Assembly: GCA_964057225.1 (NCBI GenBank)
Contig: OZ059900.1
Span: forward strand, 992,001-1,056,000
Direction of reading: 5' to 3'
From: Auanema rhodensis
Lineage: Eukaryota; Animalia; Nematoda
Length of the DNA: 64,000 nt
A model generated the notes under the pieces. It searched no databases and had not been told where the DNA came from. It was given only the letters and a program-made list of their open reading frames with translations. The position numbers and the translations under genes were made by a program. Below, piece by piece: positions 12,160 to 26,200 of this stretch; position 1 is the first letter of the stretch, and each line of letters begins with the position of its first letter.

Positions 12160-14939
12160 GAGAATCAAACACTCAATACACGAAATAAGTTTATTTTGAC
12201 GAGTTTGCACTGATATTTATTCATTTTGATCAAAAAAGGTCGAAAATAGAAAGATTTTTTGAAATTTCCGAGTTTTGAGTCTAATTTGGCTAAATCGCTC
12301 ATATATATGATCAGAAGCATAGATGTATTGTCTATGACAACAAAAGTCATTAATTGAACACTAATGATGTTTAAATCACTGAATTTCGCTCAAATAGCAT
12401 TACTACACTAAGGATGGTCGTTTTTATGCCTTTAACACCATATACTCACCGATTTTTGGTACAAAATCTGTGATACTCGTAAATTTTGATCATATTCGTT
12501 AAGATTCAGGAATCAAACACACAATACACGAAATAAGTTCATTTTTACAAGTTTGCACTGATATTTATTCATTTTGATCAAAAAAGGTCGAAAATAGAAA
12601 GAATTTTTGAAATTTACGAGTTTTGAGTCTAATTTGGCTAAATCGCTCATATATATGATCAGAAGCATAGTTTTATTGTCTATGACAACAAAAGTCATTA
12701 ATTAAACACTAATGATGTTTAAATACTGATTTTCGCTCAAATAGCATTACTACACTAAGTATGGTCGTTTTTATACCTTCAACACCATATACTCACCGAT
12801 TTTTGGTACAAAATCTGTGATACTCGTAAATTTCGATCATATTCGTTAAGATTCGAGAATCAAACACACAATACACGAAATGAGTTTATTTTCACGAGTT
12901 TGCACTGATATTTATTCAATTTGATCAAAAAAGGTCGAAAATAGAAAGAATTTTTGAATTTTCCGAGTTTTGAGTCCAATTGGGCTAAATCGCTCATATA
13001 TATGATCAAAAGCATAGTTTTACTGTCTATGATAACAAAAGTCTTCAAATATACACTAGTAATGATTAAATCACTGAATTTCACTCAAATAGCATTACTA
13101 CACTAAGTATGGTCGTTTTTATGCCTTTAACACCATATACTCACCGATTTTTGGTACAAAATCTGTAATACTTGTAAATTTCGATCATATTCGTTAAGAT
13201 TTGAGAATCAAACACATAATACACGAAATAAGTCTATTTTTACAAGTTTGCACTGATATTTATTCATTTTGATCAAAAAAGGTCGAAAATAGAAAGAATT
13301 TTTGAAATTTCCGAGTTTTGAGTCCAATTTGGCTAAATCGCTCATATATATGATCAGAAGCATAGTTTTATTGTCTATGACAACAAAAATCATCAATTAA
13401 ACGCTAGTGATGTTTAAATACTGATTTTCGCTCAAATAGCATTACTACACTAAGTATGGTCGTTTTTATGCCTTTAACACCATATACTCACCGATTTTTG
13501 GTACAAAATCTGTAATACTTGTAAATTTTGATCATATTCGGTGAGATTCGAGAATCAAACACTCAATACACGAAATAAGTTTATTTTGACGAGTTTGCAC
13601 TGATATTTATTCATTTTGATCAAAAAAGGTCGAAAATAGAAAGATTTTTTGAAATTTCCGAGTTTTGAGTCTAATTTGGCTAAATCGCTCATATATATGA
13701 TCAGAAGCATAGATGTATTGTCTATGACAACAAAAGTCATTAATTGAACACTAATGATGTTTAAATCACTGAATTTCGCTCAAATAGCATTACTACACTA
13801 AGGATGGTCGTTTTTATGCCTTTAACACCATATACTCACCGATTTTTGGTACAAAATCTGTGATACTCGTAAATTTTGATCATATTCGTTAAGATTCAGG
13901 AATCAAACACACAATACACGAAATAAGTTCATTTTTACAAGTTTGCACTGATATTTATTCATTTTGATCAAAAAAGGTCGAAAATAGAAAGAATTTTTGA
14001 AATTTACGAGTTTTGAGTCTAATTTGGCTAAATCGCTCATATATATGATCAGAAGCATAGTTTTATTGTCTATGACAACAAAAGTCATTAATTAAACACT
14101 AATGATGTTTAAATACTGATTTTCGCTCAAATAGCATTACTACACTAAGTATGGTCGTTTTTATACCTTCAACACCATATACTCACCGATTTTTGGTACA
14201 AAATCTGTGATACTCGTAAATTTCGATCATATTCGTTAAGATTCGAGAATCAAACACACAATACACGAAATGAGTTTATTTTCACGAGTTTGCACTGATA
14301 TTTATTCAATTTGATCAAAAAAGGTCGAAAATAGAAAGAATTTTTGAATTTTCCGAGTTTTGAGTCCAATTGGGCTAAATCGCTCATATATATGATCAAA
14401 AGCATAGTTTTACTGTCTATGATAACAAAAGTCTTCAAATATACACTAGTAATGATTAAATCACTGAATTTCACTCAAATAGCATTACTACACTAAGTAT
14501 GGTCGTTTTTATGCCTTTAACACCATATACTCACCGATTTTTGGTACAAAATCTGTAATACTTGTAAATTTCGATCATATTCGTTAAGATTTGAGAATCA
14601 AACACATAATACACGAAATAAGTCTATTTTTACAAGTTTGCAATGATATTTATTCATTTTGATCAAAAAAGGTCGAAAATAGAAAGAATTTTTGAAATTT
14701 CCGAGTTTTGAGTCCAATTTGGCTAAATCGCTCATATATATGATCAGAAGCATAGTTTTATTGTCTATGACAACAAAAATCATCAATTAAACGCTAGTGA
14801 TGTTTAAATACTGATTTTCGCTCAAATAGCATTACTACACTAAGTATGGTCGTTTTTATGCCTTTAACACCATATACTCACCGATTTTTGGTACAAAATC
14901 TGTAATACTTGTAAATTTTGATCATATTCGTTAAGATTT
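12160..14939. repeat. 4-monomer HOR, 2 copies, period 1390 bp
   Basis: ATTCAGG at 12504 and 13894. ORF pairs 12165/13555, 12513/13903 and 12860/14250 are identical. 13208/14598 differ by one residue. Confidence 0.92.
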
Positions 14940-16676
14940 GAGAATCAAACATACAATACACAAAATCAGTCTATTTTTATGAGCTTGCACTGATATTTAT
15001 TCATTTTTATCAAAAAAGGTCGAAAATGGAAAGAATTTTTGAAATTTCCGAGTTTTGAGTCCAATTGGGCTAAATCGCTCATATATATGATCAAAAGCAT
15101 AGTTTTACTGTCTATGATAACAAAAGTCTTCAAATATAAACTAATAATGATTAAATCACTGAATTTCACTCAAATAGCATTACTACACTAAGTATGGTCG
15201 TTTTTATGCCTTTAACACCATATACTCACCGATTTTTGGTACAAAATCTGTGATACTCGTAAATTTTGATCATATTCGGTGAGATTCGAGAATCAAACAC
15301 TCAATACACGAAATAAGTTTATTTTGACGAGTTTGCACTGATATTTATTCATTTTGATCAAAAAAGGTCGAAAATAGAAAGATTTTTTGAAATTTCCGAG
15401 TTTTGAGTCCAATTTGGCTAAATCGCTCATATATATGATCAAAAGCATAGTTTTATTGTCTATAACAACAAAAGTCATCAATTAAACGCTAGTGATGTTT
15501 TAATACTGAATTTCGCTCAAATAGCATTACTACACTAAGGATGGTCGTTTTTATGCCTTTAACACCATATACTCACCGATTTTTGGTACAAAATCTGTGA
15601 TACTCGTAAATTTTGATCATATTCGTTAAGATTCAAGAATCAAACACACAATACACGAAATAAGTTCATTTTTACAAGTTTGCACTGATATTTATTCATT
15701 TTGATCAAAAAAGGTCGAAAATAGAAAGAATTTTTGAAATTTACGAGTTTTGAGTCTAATTTGGCTAAATCGCTCATATATATGATCAGAAGCATAGTTT
15801 TATTGTCTATGACAACAAAAGTCATTAATTAAACACTAATGATGTTTAAATACTGATTTTCGCTCAAATAGCATTACTACACTAAGTATGGTCGTTTTTA
15901 TACCTTCAACACCATATACTCACCGATTTTTGGTACAAAATCTGTGATACTCGTAAATTTCGATCATATTCGTTAAGATTCGAGAATCAAACACACAATA
16001 CACGAAATTAGTTTATTTTCACGAGTTTGCACTGATATTTATTCAATTTGATCAAAAAAGGTCGAAAATAGAAAGAATTTTTGAATTTTCCGAGTTTTGA
16101 GACCAATTGGGCTAAATCGCTCATATATATGATCAAAAGCATAGTTTTACTGTCTATGATAACAAAAGTCTTCAAATATACACTAGTAATGATTAAATCA
16201 CTGAATTTCACTCAAATAGCATTACTACACTAAGTATGGTCGTTTTTATGCCTTTAACACCATATATTCACCGATTTTTGGTACAAAATCTGTAATACTT
16301 GTAAATTTCGATCATATTCGTTAAGATTTGAGAATCAAACACATAATACACGAAATAAGTCTATTTTTACAAGTTTGCACTGATATTTATTCATTTTGAT
16401 CAAAAAAGGTCGAAAATAGAAAGAATTTTTGAAATTTCCGAGTTTTGAGTCCAATTTGGCTAAATCGCTCATATATATGATCAAAAGCATAGTTCTATTG
16501 TCTATAACAACAAAAGTCTTCAATTAAACGCTAGTGATGTTTTAATACTGAATTTCGCTCAAATAGCATTACTACACTAAGTATGGTCGTTTTTATGCCT
16601 TTAACACCATATACTCACCGATTTTTGGTACAAAATCTGTGATACTCGTAAATTTTGATCATATTCGGTGAGATTC
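14940..16676. repeat. 5-monomer block, copy 2 (copy of 8339-10075)
   Basis: Constant 6601-bp offset and shared rare variants with 8339-10075. Confidence 0.9.
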
Positions 16677-19600
16677 GAGAATCAAACACATAATACACAA
16701 AATAAGTCTATTTTTATGAGTTTGCACTGATATTTATTCATTTTGATCAAAAAAGGTCGAAAATAGAAAGATTTTTTGAAATTTCCGAGTTTTGAGTCTA
16801 ATTTGGCTAAATCGCTCATATATATGATCAGAAGCATAGATGTATTGTCTATGACAACAAAAGTCATTAATTGAACACTAATGATGTTTAAATCACTGAA
16901 TTTCGCTCAAATAGCATTACTACACTAAGGATGGTCGTTTTTATGCCTTTAACACCATATACTCACCGATTTTTGGTACAAAATCTGTGATACTCGTAAA
17001 TTTTGATCATATTCGTTAAGATTCAAGAATCAAACACACAATACACGGAATAAGTTCATTTTTACAAGTTTGCACTGATATTTATTCATTTTGATCAAAA
17101 AAGGTCGAAAATAGAAAGAATTTTTGAAATTTACGAGTTTTGAGTCTAATTTGGCTAAATCGCTCATATATATGATCAAAAGCATAGTTTTATTGTCTAT
17201 AACAACAAAAGTCATCAATTAAACGCTAGTGATGTTTTAATACTGAATTTCACTCAAATAGCATTACTACACTAAGTATGGTCGTTTTTATGCCTTTAAC
17301 ACCATATATTCACCGATTTTTGGTACAAAATCTGTAATACTTGTAAATTTCGATCATATTCGTTAAGATTTGAGAATCAAACACATAATACACGAAATAA
17401 GTCTATTTTTACAAGTTTGCACTGATATTTATTCATTTTGATCAAAAAAGGTCGAAAATAGAAAGAATTTTTGAAATTTCCGAGTTTTGAGTCCAATTTG
17501 GCTAAATCGCTCATATATATGATCAAAAACATAGTTCTATTGTCTATAACAACAAAAGTCTTCAATTAAACGCTAGTGATGTTTTAATACTGAATTTCGC
17601 TCAAATAGCATTACTACACTAAGTATGGTCGTTTTTATGCCTTTAACACCATATACTCACCGATTTTTGGTACAAAATCTGTAATACTCGTAAATTTTGA
17701 TCATATTCGTTAAGATTTGAGAATCAAACATACAATACACGAAATCAGTCTATTTTTATGAGCTTGCACTGATATATATTCATTTTGATCAAAAAAGGTC
17801 GAAAATAGAAAGAATTTTTGAAATTTCCGAGTTTTGAGTCTAATTTGGCTAAATCGCTCATATATATGATCAGAAGCATAGTTTTATTGTCTATGACAAC
17901 AAAAATCATCAATTAAACGCTAGTGATGTTTAAATACTGATTTTCGCTCAAATAGCATTACTACACTAAGTATGGTCGTTTTTATGCCTTTAACACCATA
18001 TACTCACCGATTTTTGGTACAAAATCTGTAATACTTGTAAATTTTGATCATATTCGTTAAGATTCGAGAATCAAACACATAATACACGAAATAAGTCTAT
18101 TTTTACAAGTTTGCACTGATATTTATTCATTTTGATCAAAAAAGATCGAAAATAGAAAGAATTTTTGAAATTTCCGAGTTTTGAGTCCAATTTGGCTAAA
18201 TCGCTCATATATATGATCAAAAGCATAGTTTTATTGTCTATAACAACAAAAGTCATCAATTAAACGCTAGTGATGTTTAAATACTGAATTTCACTCAAAT
18301 AGCATTACTACACTAAGTATGGTCGTTTTTATGCCTTTAACACCATATACTCACCGATTTTTGGTACAAAATCTGTGATACTCGTAAATTTTGATCATAT
18401 TCGGTGAGATTCGAGAATCAAACACATAATACACAAAATAAGTCTATTTTTATGAGTTTGCACTGATATTTATTCATTTTGATCAAAAAAGGTCGAAAAT
18501 AGAAAGAATTTTGGAAATGTCCGAGTTTTGAGTCCAATTTGGCTAAATCGCTCATATATATGATCAGAAGCATAGATGTATTGTCTATGACAACAAAAGT
18601 CATTAATTGAACACTAATGATGTTTAAATCACTGAATTTCGCTCAAATAGCATTACTACACTAAGGATGGTCGTTTTTATGCCTTTAACACCATATACTC
18701 ACCGATTTTTGGTACAAAATCTGTGATACTCGTAAATTTTGATCATATTCGTTAAGATTCAGGAATCAAACACACAATACACGAAATAAGTTCATTTTTA
18801 CAAGTTTGCACTGATATTTATTCATTTTGATCAAAAAAGGTCGAAAATAGAAAGAATTTTTGAATTTTCCGAGTTTTGAGTCCAATTGGGCTAAATCGCT
18901 CATATATATGATCAAAAGCATAGTTTTACTGTTCATGATAACAAAAGTCTTCAAATATACACTAATAATGTGTAAATCACTGAATTTCACTCAAATAGCT
19001 TTACTACACTAAGTATGGTCGTTTTTATGCCTTTAACACCATATACTCACCGATTTTTGGTACAAAATCTGTGATACTCGTAAATTTTGATCATATTCGG
19101 TGAGATTCGAGAATCAAACACTCAATACACGAAATAAGTTTATTTTGACGAGTTTGCACTGATATTTATTCATTTTGATCAAAAAAGGTCGAAAATAGAA
19201 AGATTTTTTGAAATTTCCGAGTTTTGAGTCTAATTTGGCTAAATCGCTCATATATATGATCAGAAGCATAGATGTATTGTCTATGACAACAAAAGTCATT
19301 AATTGAACACTAATGATGTTTAAATCACTGAATTTCGCTCAAATAGCATTACTACACTAAGGATGGTCGTTTTTATGCCTTTAACACCATATACTCACCG
19401 ATTTTTGGTACAAAATCTGTGATACTCGTAAATTTTGATCATATTCGTTAAGATTCAGGAATCAAACACACAATACACGAAATAAGTTCATTTTTACAAG
19501 TTTGCACTGATATTTATTCATTTTGATCAAAAAAGGTCGAAAATAGAAAGAATTTTTGAAATTTACGAGTTTTGAGTCTAATTTGGCTAAATCGCTCATA

Positions 19601-20498
19601 TATATGATCAGAAGCATAGTTTTATTGTCTATGACAACAAAAGTCATTAATTAAACACTAATGATGTTTAAATACTGATTTTCGCTCAAATAGCATTACT
19701 ACACTAAGTATGGTCGTTTTTATACCTTCAACACCATATACTCACCGATTTTTGGTACAAAATCTGTGATACTCGTAAATTTCGATCATATTCGTTAAGA
19801 TTCGAGAATCAAACACACAATACACGAAATTAGTTTATTTTCACGAGTTTGCACTGATATTTATTCAATTTGATCAAAAAAGGTCGAAAATAGAAAGAAT
19901 TTTTGAATTTTCCGAGTTTTGAGTCCAATTGGGCTAAATCGCTCATATATATGATCAAAAGCATAGTTTTACTGTCTATGATAACAAAAGTCTTCAAATA
20001 TACACTAGTAATGATTAAATCACTGAATTTCACTCAAATAGCATTACTACACTAAGTATGGTCGTTTTTATGCCTTTAACACCATATACTCACCGATTTT
20101 TGGTACAAAATCTGTAATACTTGTAAATTTCGATCATATTCGTTAAGATTTGAGAATCAAACACATAATACACGAAATAAGTCTATTTTTACAAGTTTGC
20201 ACTGATATTTATTCATTTTGATCAAAAAAGGTCGAAAATAGAAAGAATTTTTGAAATTTCCGAGTTTTGAGTCCAATTTGGCTAAATCGCTCATATATAT
20301 GATCAAAAGCATAGTTCTATTGTCTATAACAACAAAAGTCTTCAATTAAACGCTAGTGATGTTTTAATACTGAATTTCGCTCAAATAGCATTACTACACT
20401 AAGTATGGTCGTTTTTATGCCTTTAACACCATATACTCACCGATTTTTGGTACAAAATCTGTAATACTCGTAAATTTTGATCATATTCGTTAAGATTT

Positions 20499-23278
20499 GA
20501 GAATCAAACATACAATACACAAAATCAGTCTATTTTTATGAGCTTGCACTGATATATATTCATTTTGATCAAAAAAGGTCGAAAATAGAAAGAATTTTTG
20601 AAATTTCCGAGTTTTGAGTCTAATTTGGCTAAATCGCTCATATATATGATCAGAAGCATAGTTTTATTGTCTATGACAACAAAAATCATCAATTAAACGC
20701 TAGTGATGTTTTAATACTGAATTTCGCTCAAATAGCATTACTACACTAAGTATGGTCGTTTTTATGCCTTTAACACCATATACTCACCGATTTTCGGTAC
20801 AAAATCTGTAATACTTGTAAATTTTGATCATATTCGTAAAGATTCGAGAATCAAACACATAATACACGAAATAAGTCTATTTTTACAAGTTTGCACTGAT
20901 ATTTATTCATTTTGATCAAAAAAGATCGAAAATAGAAAGAATTTTTGAAATTTCCGAGTTTTGAGTCCAATTGGGCTAAATCGCTCATATATATGATCAA
21001 AAGCATAGTTTTACTGTCTATGATAACAAAAGTCTTCAAATATACACTAGTAATGATTAAATCACTGAATTTCACTCAAATAGCATTACTACACTAAGTA
21101 TGGTCGTTTTTATGCCTTTAACACCATATACTCACCGATTTTTAGTACAAAATCTGTAATACTTGTAAATTTCGATCATATTCGTTAAGATTTGAGAATC
21201 AAACACATAATACACGAAATAAGTCTATTTTTACAAGTTTGCACTGATATTTATTCATTTTGATCAAAAAAGGTCGAAAATAGAAAGAATTTTTGAAATT
21301 TCCGAGTTTTGAGTCCAATTTGGCTAAATCGCTCATATATATGATCAAAAGCATAGTTCTATTGTCTATAACAACAAAAGTCTTCAATTAAACGCTAGTG
21401 ATGTTTTAATACTGAATTTCGCTCAAATAGCATTACTACACTAAGTATGGTCGTTTTTATGCCTTTAACACCATATACTCACCGATTTTTGGTACAAAAT
21501 CTGTAATACTCGTAAATTTTGATCATATTCGTTAAGATTTGAGAATCAAACATACAATACACGAAATAAGTTCATTTTTACAAGTTTGCACTGATATTTA
21601 TTCATTTTGATCAAAAAAGGTCGAAAATAGAAAGAATTTTTGAAATTTACGAGTTTTGAGTCTAATTTGGCTAAATCGCTCATATATATGATCAGAAGCA
21701 TAGTTTTATTGTCTATGACAACAAAAGTCATTAATTAAACACTAATAATGTTTAAATCACTAAATTTCGCTCAAATAGCATTACTACACTAAGTATGGTC
21801 GTTTTTATGCCTTTAACACCATATACTCACCGATTTTTGGTACAAAATCTGTAATACTTGTAAATTTTGATCATATTCGTTAAGATTTGAGAATCAAACA
21901 TACAATACACAAAATCAGTCTATTTTTATGAGCTTGCACTGATATATATTCATTTTGATCAAAAAAGGTCGAAAATAGAAAGAATTTTTGAAATTTCCGA
22001 GTTTTGAGTCTAATTTGGCTAAATCGCTCATATATATGATCAGAAGCATAGTTTTATTGTCTATGACAACAAAAATCATCAATTAAACGCTAGTGATGTT
22101 TAAATACTGATTTTCGCTCAAATAGCATTACTACACTAAGTATGGTCGTTTTTATGCCTTTAACACCATATACTCACCGATTTTCGGTACAAAATCTGTA
22201 ATACTTGTAAATTTTGATCATATTCGTAAAGATTCGAGAATCAAACACATAATACACGAAATAAGTCTATTTTTACAAGTTTGCACTGATATTTATTCAT
22301 TTTGATCAAAAAAGATCGAAAATAGAAAGAATTTTTGAAATTTCCGAGTTTTGAGTCCAATTGGGCTAAATCGCTCATATATATGATCAAAAGCATAGTT
22401 TTACTGTCTATGATAACAAAAGTCCTCAAATATACACTAGTAATGATTAAATCACTGAATTTCACTCAAATAGCATTACTACACTAAGTATGGTCGTTTT
22501 TATGCCTTTAACACCATATACTCACCGATTTTTAGTACAAAATCTGTAATACTTGTAAATTTCGATCATATTCGTTAAGATTTGAGAATCAAACACATAA
22601 TACACGAAATAAGTCTATTTTTACAAGTTTGCACTGATATTTATTCATTTTGATCAAAAAAGGTCGAAAATAGAAAGAATTTTTGAAATTTCCGAGTTTT
22701 GAGTCCAATTTGGCTAAATCGCTCATATATATGATCAAAAGCATAGTTCTATTGTCTATAACAACAAAAGTCTTCAATTAAACGCTAGTGATGTTTTAAT
22801 ACTGAATTTCGCTCAAATAGCATTACTACACTAAGTATGGTCGTTTTTATGCCTTTAACACCATATACTCACCGATTTTTGGTACAAAATCTGTAATACT
22901 CGTAAATTTTGATCATATTCGTTAAGATTTGAGAATCAAACATACAATACACGAAATCAGTCTATTTTTATGAGCTTGCACTGATATATATTCATTTTGA
23001 TCAAAAAAGGTCGAAAATAGAAAGAATTTTTGAAATTTACGAGTTTTGAGTCTAATTCGGCTAAATCGCTCATATATATGATCAGAAGCATAGTTTTATT
23101 GTCTATGACAACAAAAGTCATTAATTAAACACTAATAATGTTTAAATCACTAAATTTCGCTCAAATAGCATTACTACACTAAGTATGGTCGTTTTTATGC
23201 CTTTAACACCATATACTCACCGATTTTTGGTACAAAATCTGTAATACTTGTAAATTTTGATCATATTCGTTAAGATTC
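20499..23278. repeat. 4-monomer HOR, 2 copies, period 1390 bp
   Basis: Private TTTTCGGTAC at 20791 and 22181. CGTAAAGATT and TTTAGTAC (21141/22531) occur in both copies. ORF pairs 20851/22241 and 21199/22589. Confidence 0.92.
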
Positions 23279-26200
23279 GAGAATCAAACACATAGTACAC
23301 GAAATAAGTCTATTTTTATGAGTTTGCACTGATATTTATTCATTTTGATCAAAAAAGGTCGAAAATAGAAAGAATTTTTGAAATTTCCGAGTTTTGAGTC
23401 TAATTTGGCTAAATCGCTCATATATATGATCAGAAGCATAGTTTTATTGTCTATGACAACAAAAATCATCAATTAAACGCTAGTGATGTTTAAATACTGA
23501 TTTTCGCTCAAATAGCATTACTACACTAAGTATGGTCGTTTTTATGCCTTTAACACCATATACTCACCGATTTTTGGTACAAAATCTGTAATACTTGTAA
23601 ATTTTGATCATATTCGTTAAGATTTGAGAATCAAACATACAATACACAAAATCAGTCTTTTTTTATGAGCTTGCACTGATATATATTCATTTTGATCAAA
23701 AAATGTCGAAAATAGAAAGAATTTTTGAGATTTCCGAGTTTTGAGTCTAATCTGGCTAAATCGCTCATATATATGATCAGAAGCATAGTTTTATTGTCTA
23801 TGACAACAAAAATCATCAATTAAACGCTAGTGATGTTTAAATACTGATTTTCGCTCAAATAGCATTACTACACTAAGTATGGTCGTTTTTATGCCTTTAA
23901 CACCATATACTCACCGATTTTTGGTACAAAATCTGTAATACTTGTAAATTTTGATCATATTCGTTAAGATTCGAGAATCAAACACATAATACACGAAATA
24001 AGTCTATTTTTACAAGTTTGCACTGATATTTATTCATTTTGATCAAAAAAGATCGAAAATAGAAAGAATTTTTGAAATTTCCGAGTTTTGAGTCCAATTT
24101 GGCTAAATCGCTCATATATATGATCAAAAGCATAGTTTTATTGTCTATAACAACAAAAGTCATCAATTAAACGCTAGTGATGTTTAAATACTGAATTTCA
24201 CTCAAATAGCATTACTACACTAAGTATGGTCGTTTTTATGCCTTTAACACCATATACTCACCGATTTTTGGTACAAAATCTGTGATACTCGTAAATTTTG
24301 ATCATATTCGGTGAGATTCGAGAATCAAACACACAATACACGAAATAAGTTTATTTTTACGAGTTTGCACTGATATTTATTCATTTTGATCAAAAAAGGT
24401 CGAAAATAGAAAGAATTTTTGAAATTTCCGAGTTTTGAGTCTAATTTGGCTAAATCGCTCATATATATGATCAAAAGCATAGTTTTATTGTCTATGACAA
24501 CAAAAGTCATCAATTAAACGCTAGTGATGTTTAAATACTGAATTTCGCTCAAATAGCATTACTACACTAAGTATGGTCGTTTTTATGCCTTTAACACCAT
24601 ATACTCACCGATTTTTGGTACAAAATCTGTAATACTCGTAAATTTTGATCATATTCGTTAAGATTTGAGAATCAAACATACAATACACAAAATCAGTCTA
24701 TTTTTATGAGCTTGCACTGATATATATTCATTTTGATCAAAAAAGGTCGAAAATAGAAAGAATTTTTGAAATTTACGAGTTTTGAGTCTAATTTGGCTAA
24801 ATCGCTCATATATATGATCAGAAGCATAGTTTTATTGTCTATGACAACAAAAGTCATTAATTAAACACTAATGATGTTTAAATCACTAAATTTCGCTCAA
24901 ATAGCATTACTACACTAAGTATGGTCGTTTTTATGCCTTTAACACCATATACTCACCGATTTTTGGTACAAAATCTGTAATACTTGTAAATTTTGATCAT
25001 ATTCGTTAAGATTCGAGAATCAAACACATAATACACGAAATAGGTCTATTTTTATGAGTTTGCACTGATATTTATTCATTTTGATCAAAAAAGGTCGAAA
25101 ATAGAAAGAATTTTTGAATTTTCCGAGTTTTGAGTCCAATTGGGCGAAATCGCTCATATATATGATCAAAAGCATAGTTTTACTGTCTATGATAACAAAA
25201 GTCTTCAAATATACACTGATAATGTGTAAATCACTGAATTTCACTCAAATAGCTTTACTACACTAAGTATGGTCGTTTTTATGCCTTTAACACCATATAC
25301 TCACCGATTTTTGGTACAAAATCTGTAATACTCGTAAATTTTGATCATATTCGTTAAGATTTGAGAATCAAACATACAATACACAAAATCAGTCTATTTT
25401 TATGAGCTTGCACTGATATATATTCATTTTGATCAAAAAAGGTCGAAAATAGAAAGAATTTTTGAAATTTCCGAGTTTTGAGTCTAATTTGGCTAAATCG
25501 CTCATATATATGATAAGAAGCATAGTTTTATTGTGTATGACAACAAAAATCATCAATTAAACGCTAGTGATGTTTAAATACTGAATTTCACTCAAATAGC
25601 ATTACTACACTAAGTATGGTCGTTTTTATGCCTTTAACACCATATACTCACCGATTTTTGGTACAAAATCTGTGATACTCGTAAATTTTGATCATATTCG
25701 GTGAGATTCGAGAATCAAACACACAATACACGAAATAAGTTTATTTTTACGAGTTTGCACTGATATTTATTCATTTTGATCAAAAAAGGTCGAAAATAGA
25801 AAGAATTTTTGAAATTTCCGAGTTTTGAGTCTAATTTGGCTAAATCGCTCATATATATGATCAAAAGCATAGTTTTATTGTCTATGACAACAAAAGTCAT
25901 CAATTAAACGCTAGTGATGTTTAAATACTGAATTTCGCTCAAATAGCATTACTACACTAAGTATGGTCGTTTTTATGCCTTTAACACCATATACTCACCG
26001 ATTTTTGGTACAAAATCTGTAATACTCGTAAATTTTGATCATATTCGTTAAGATTTGAGAATCAAACATTCAATACAGAAAATCAGTCTATTTTTATGAG
26101 CTTGCACTGATATATATTCATTTTGATCAAAAAAGGTCGAAAATAGAAAGAATTTTTGAAATTTACGAGTTTTGAGTCTAATTTGGCTAAATCGCTCATA

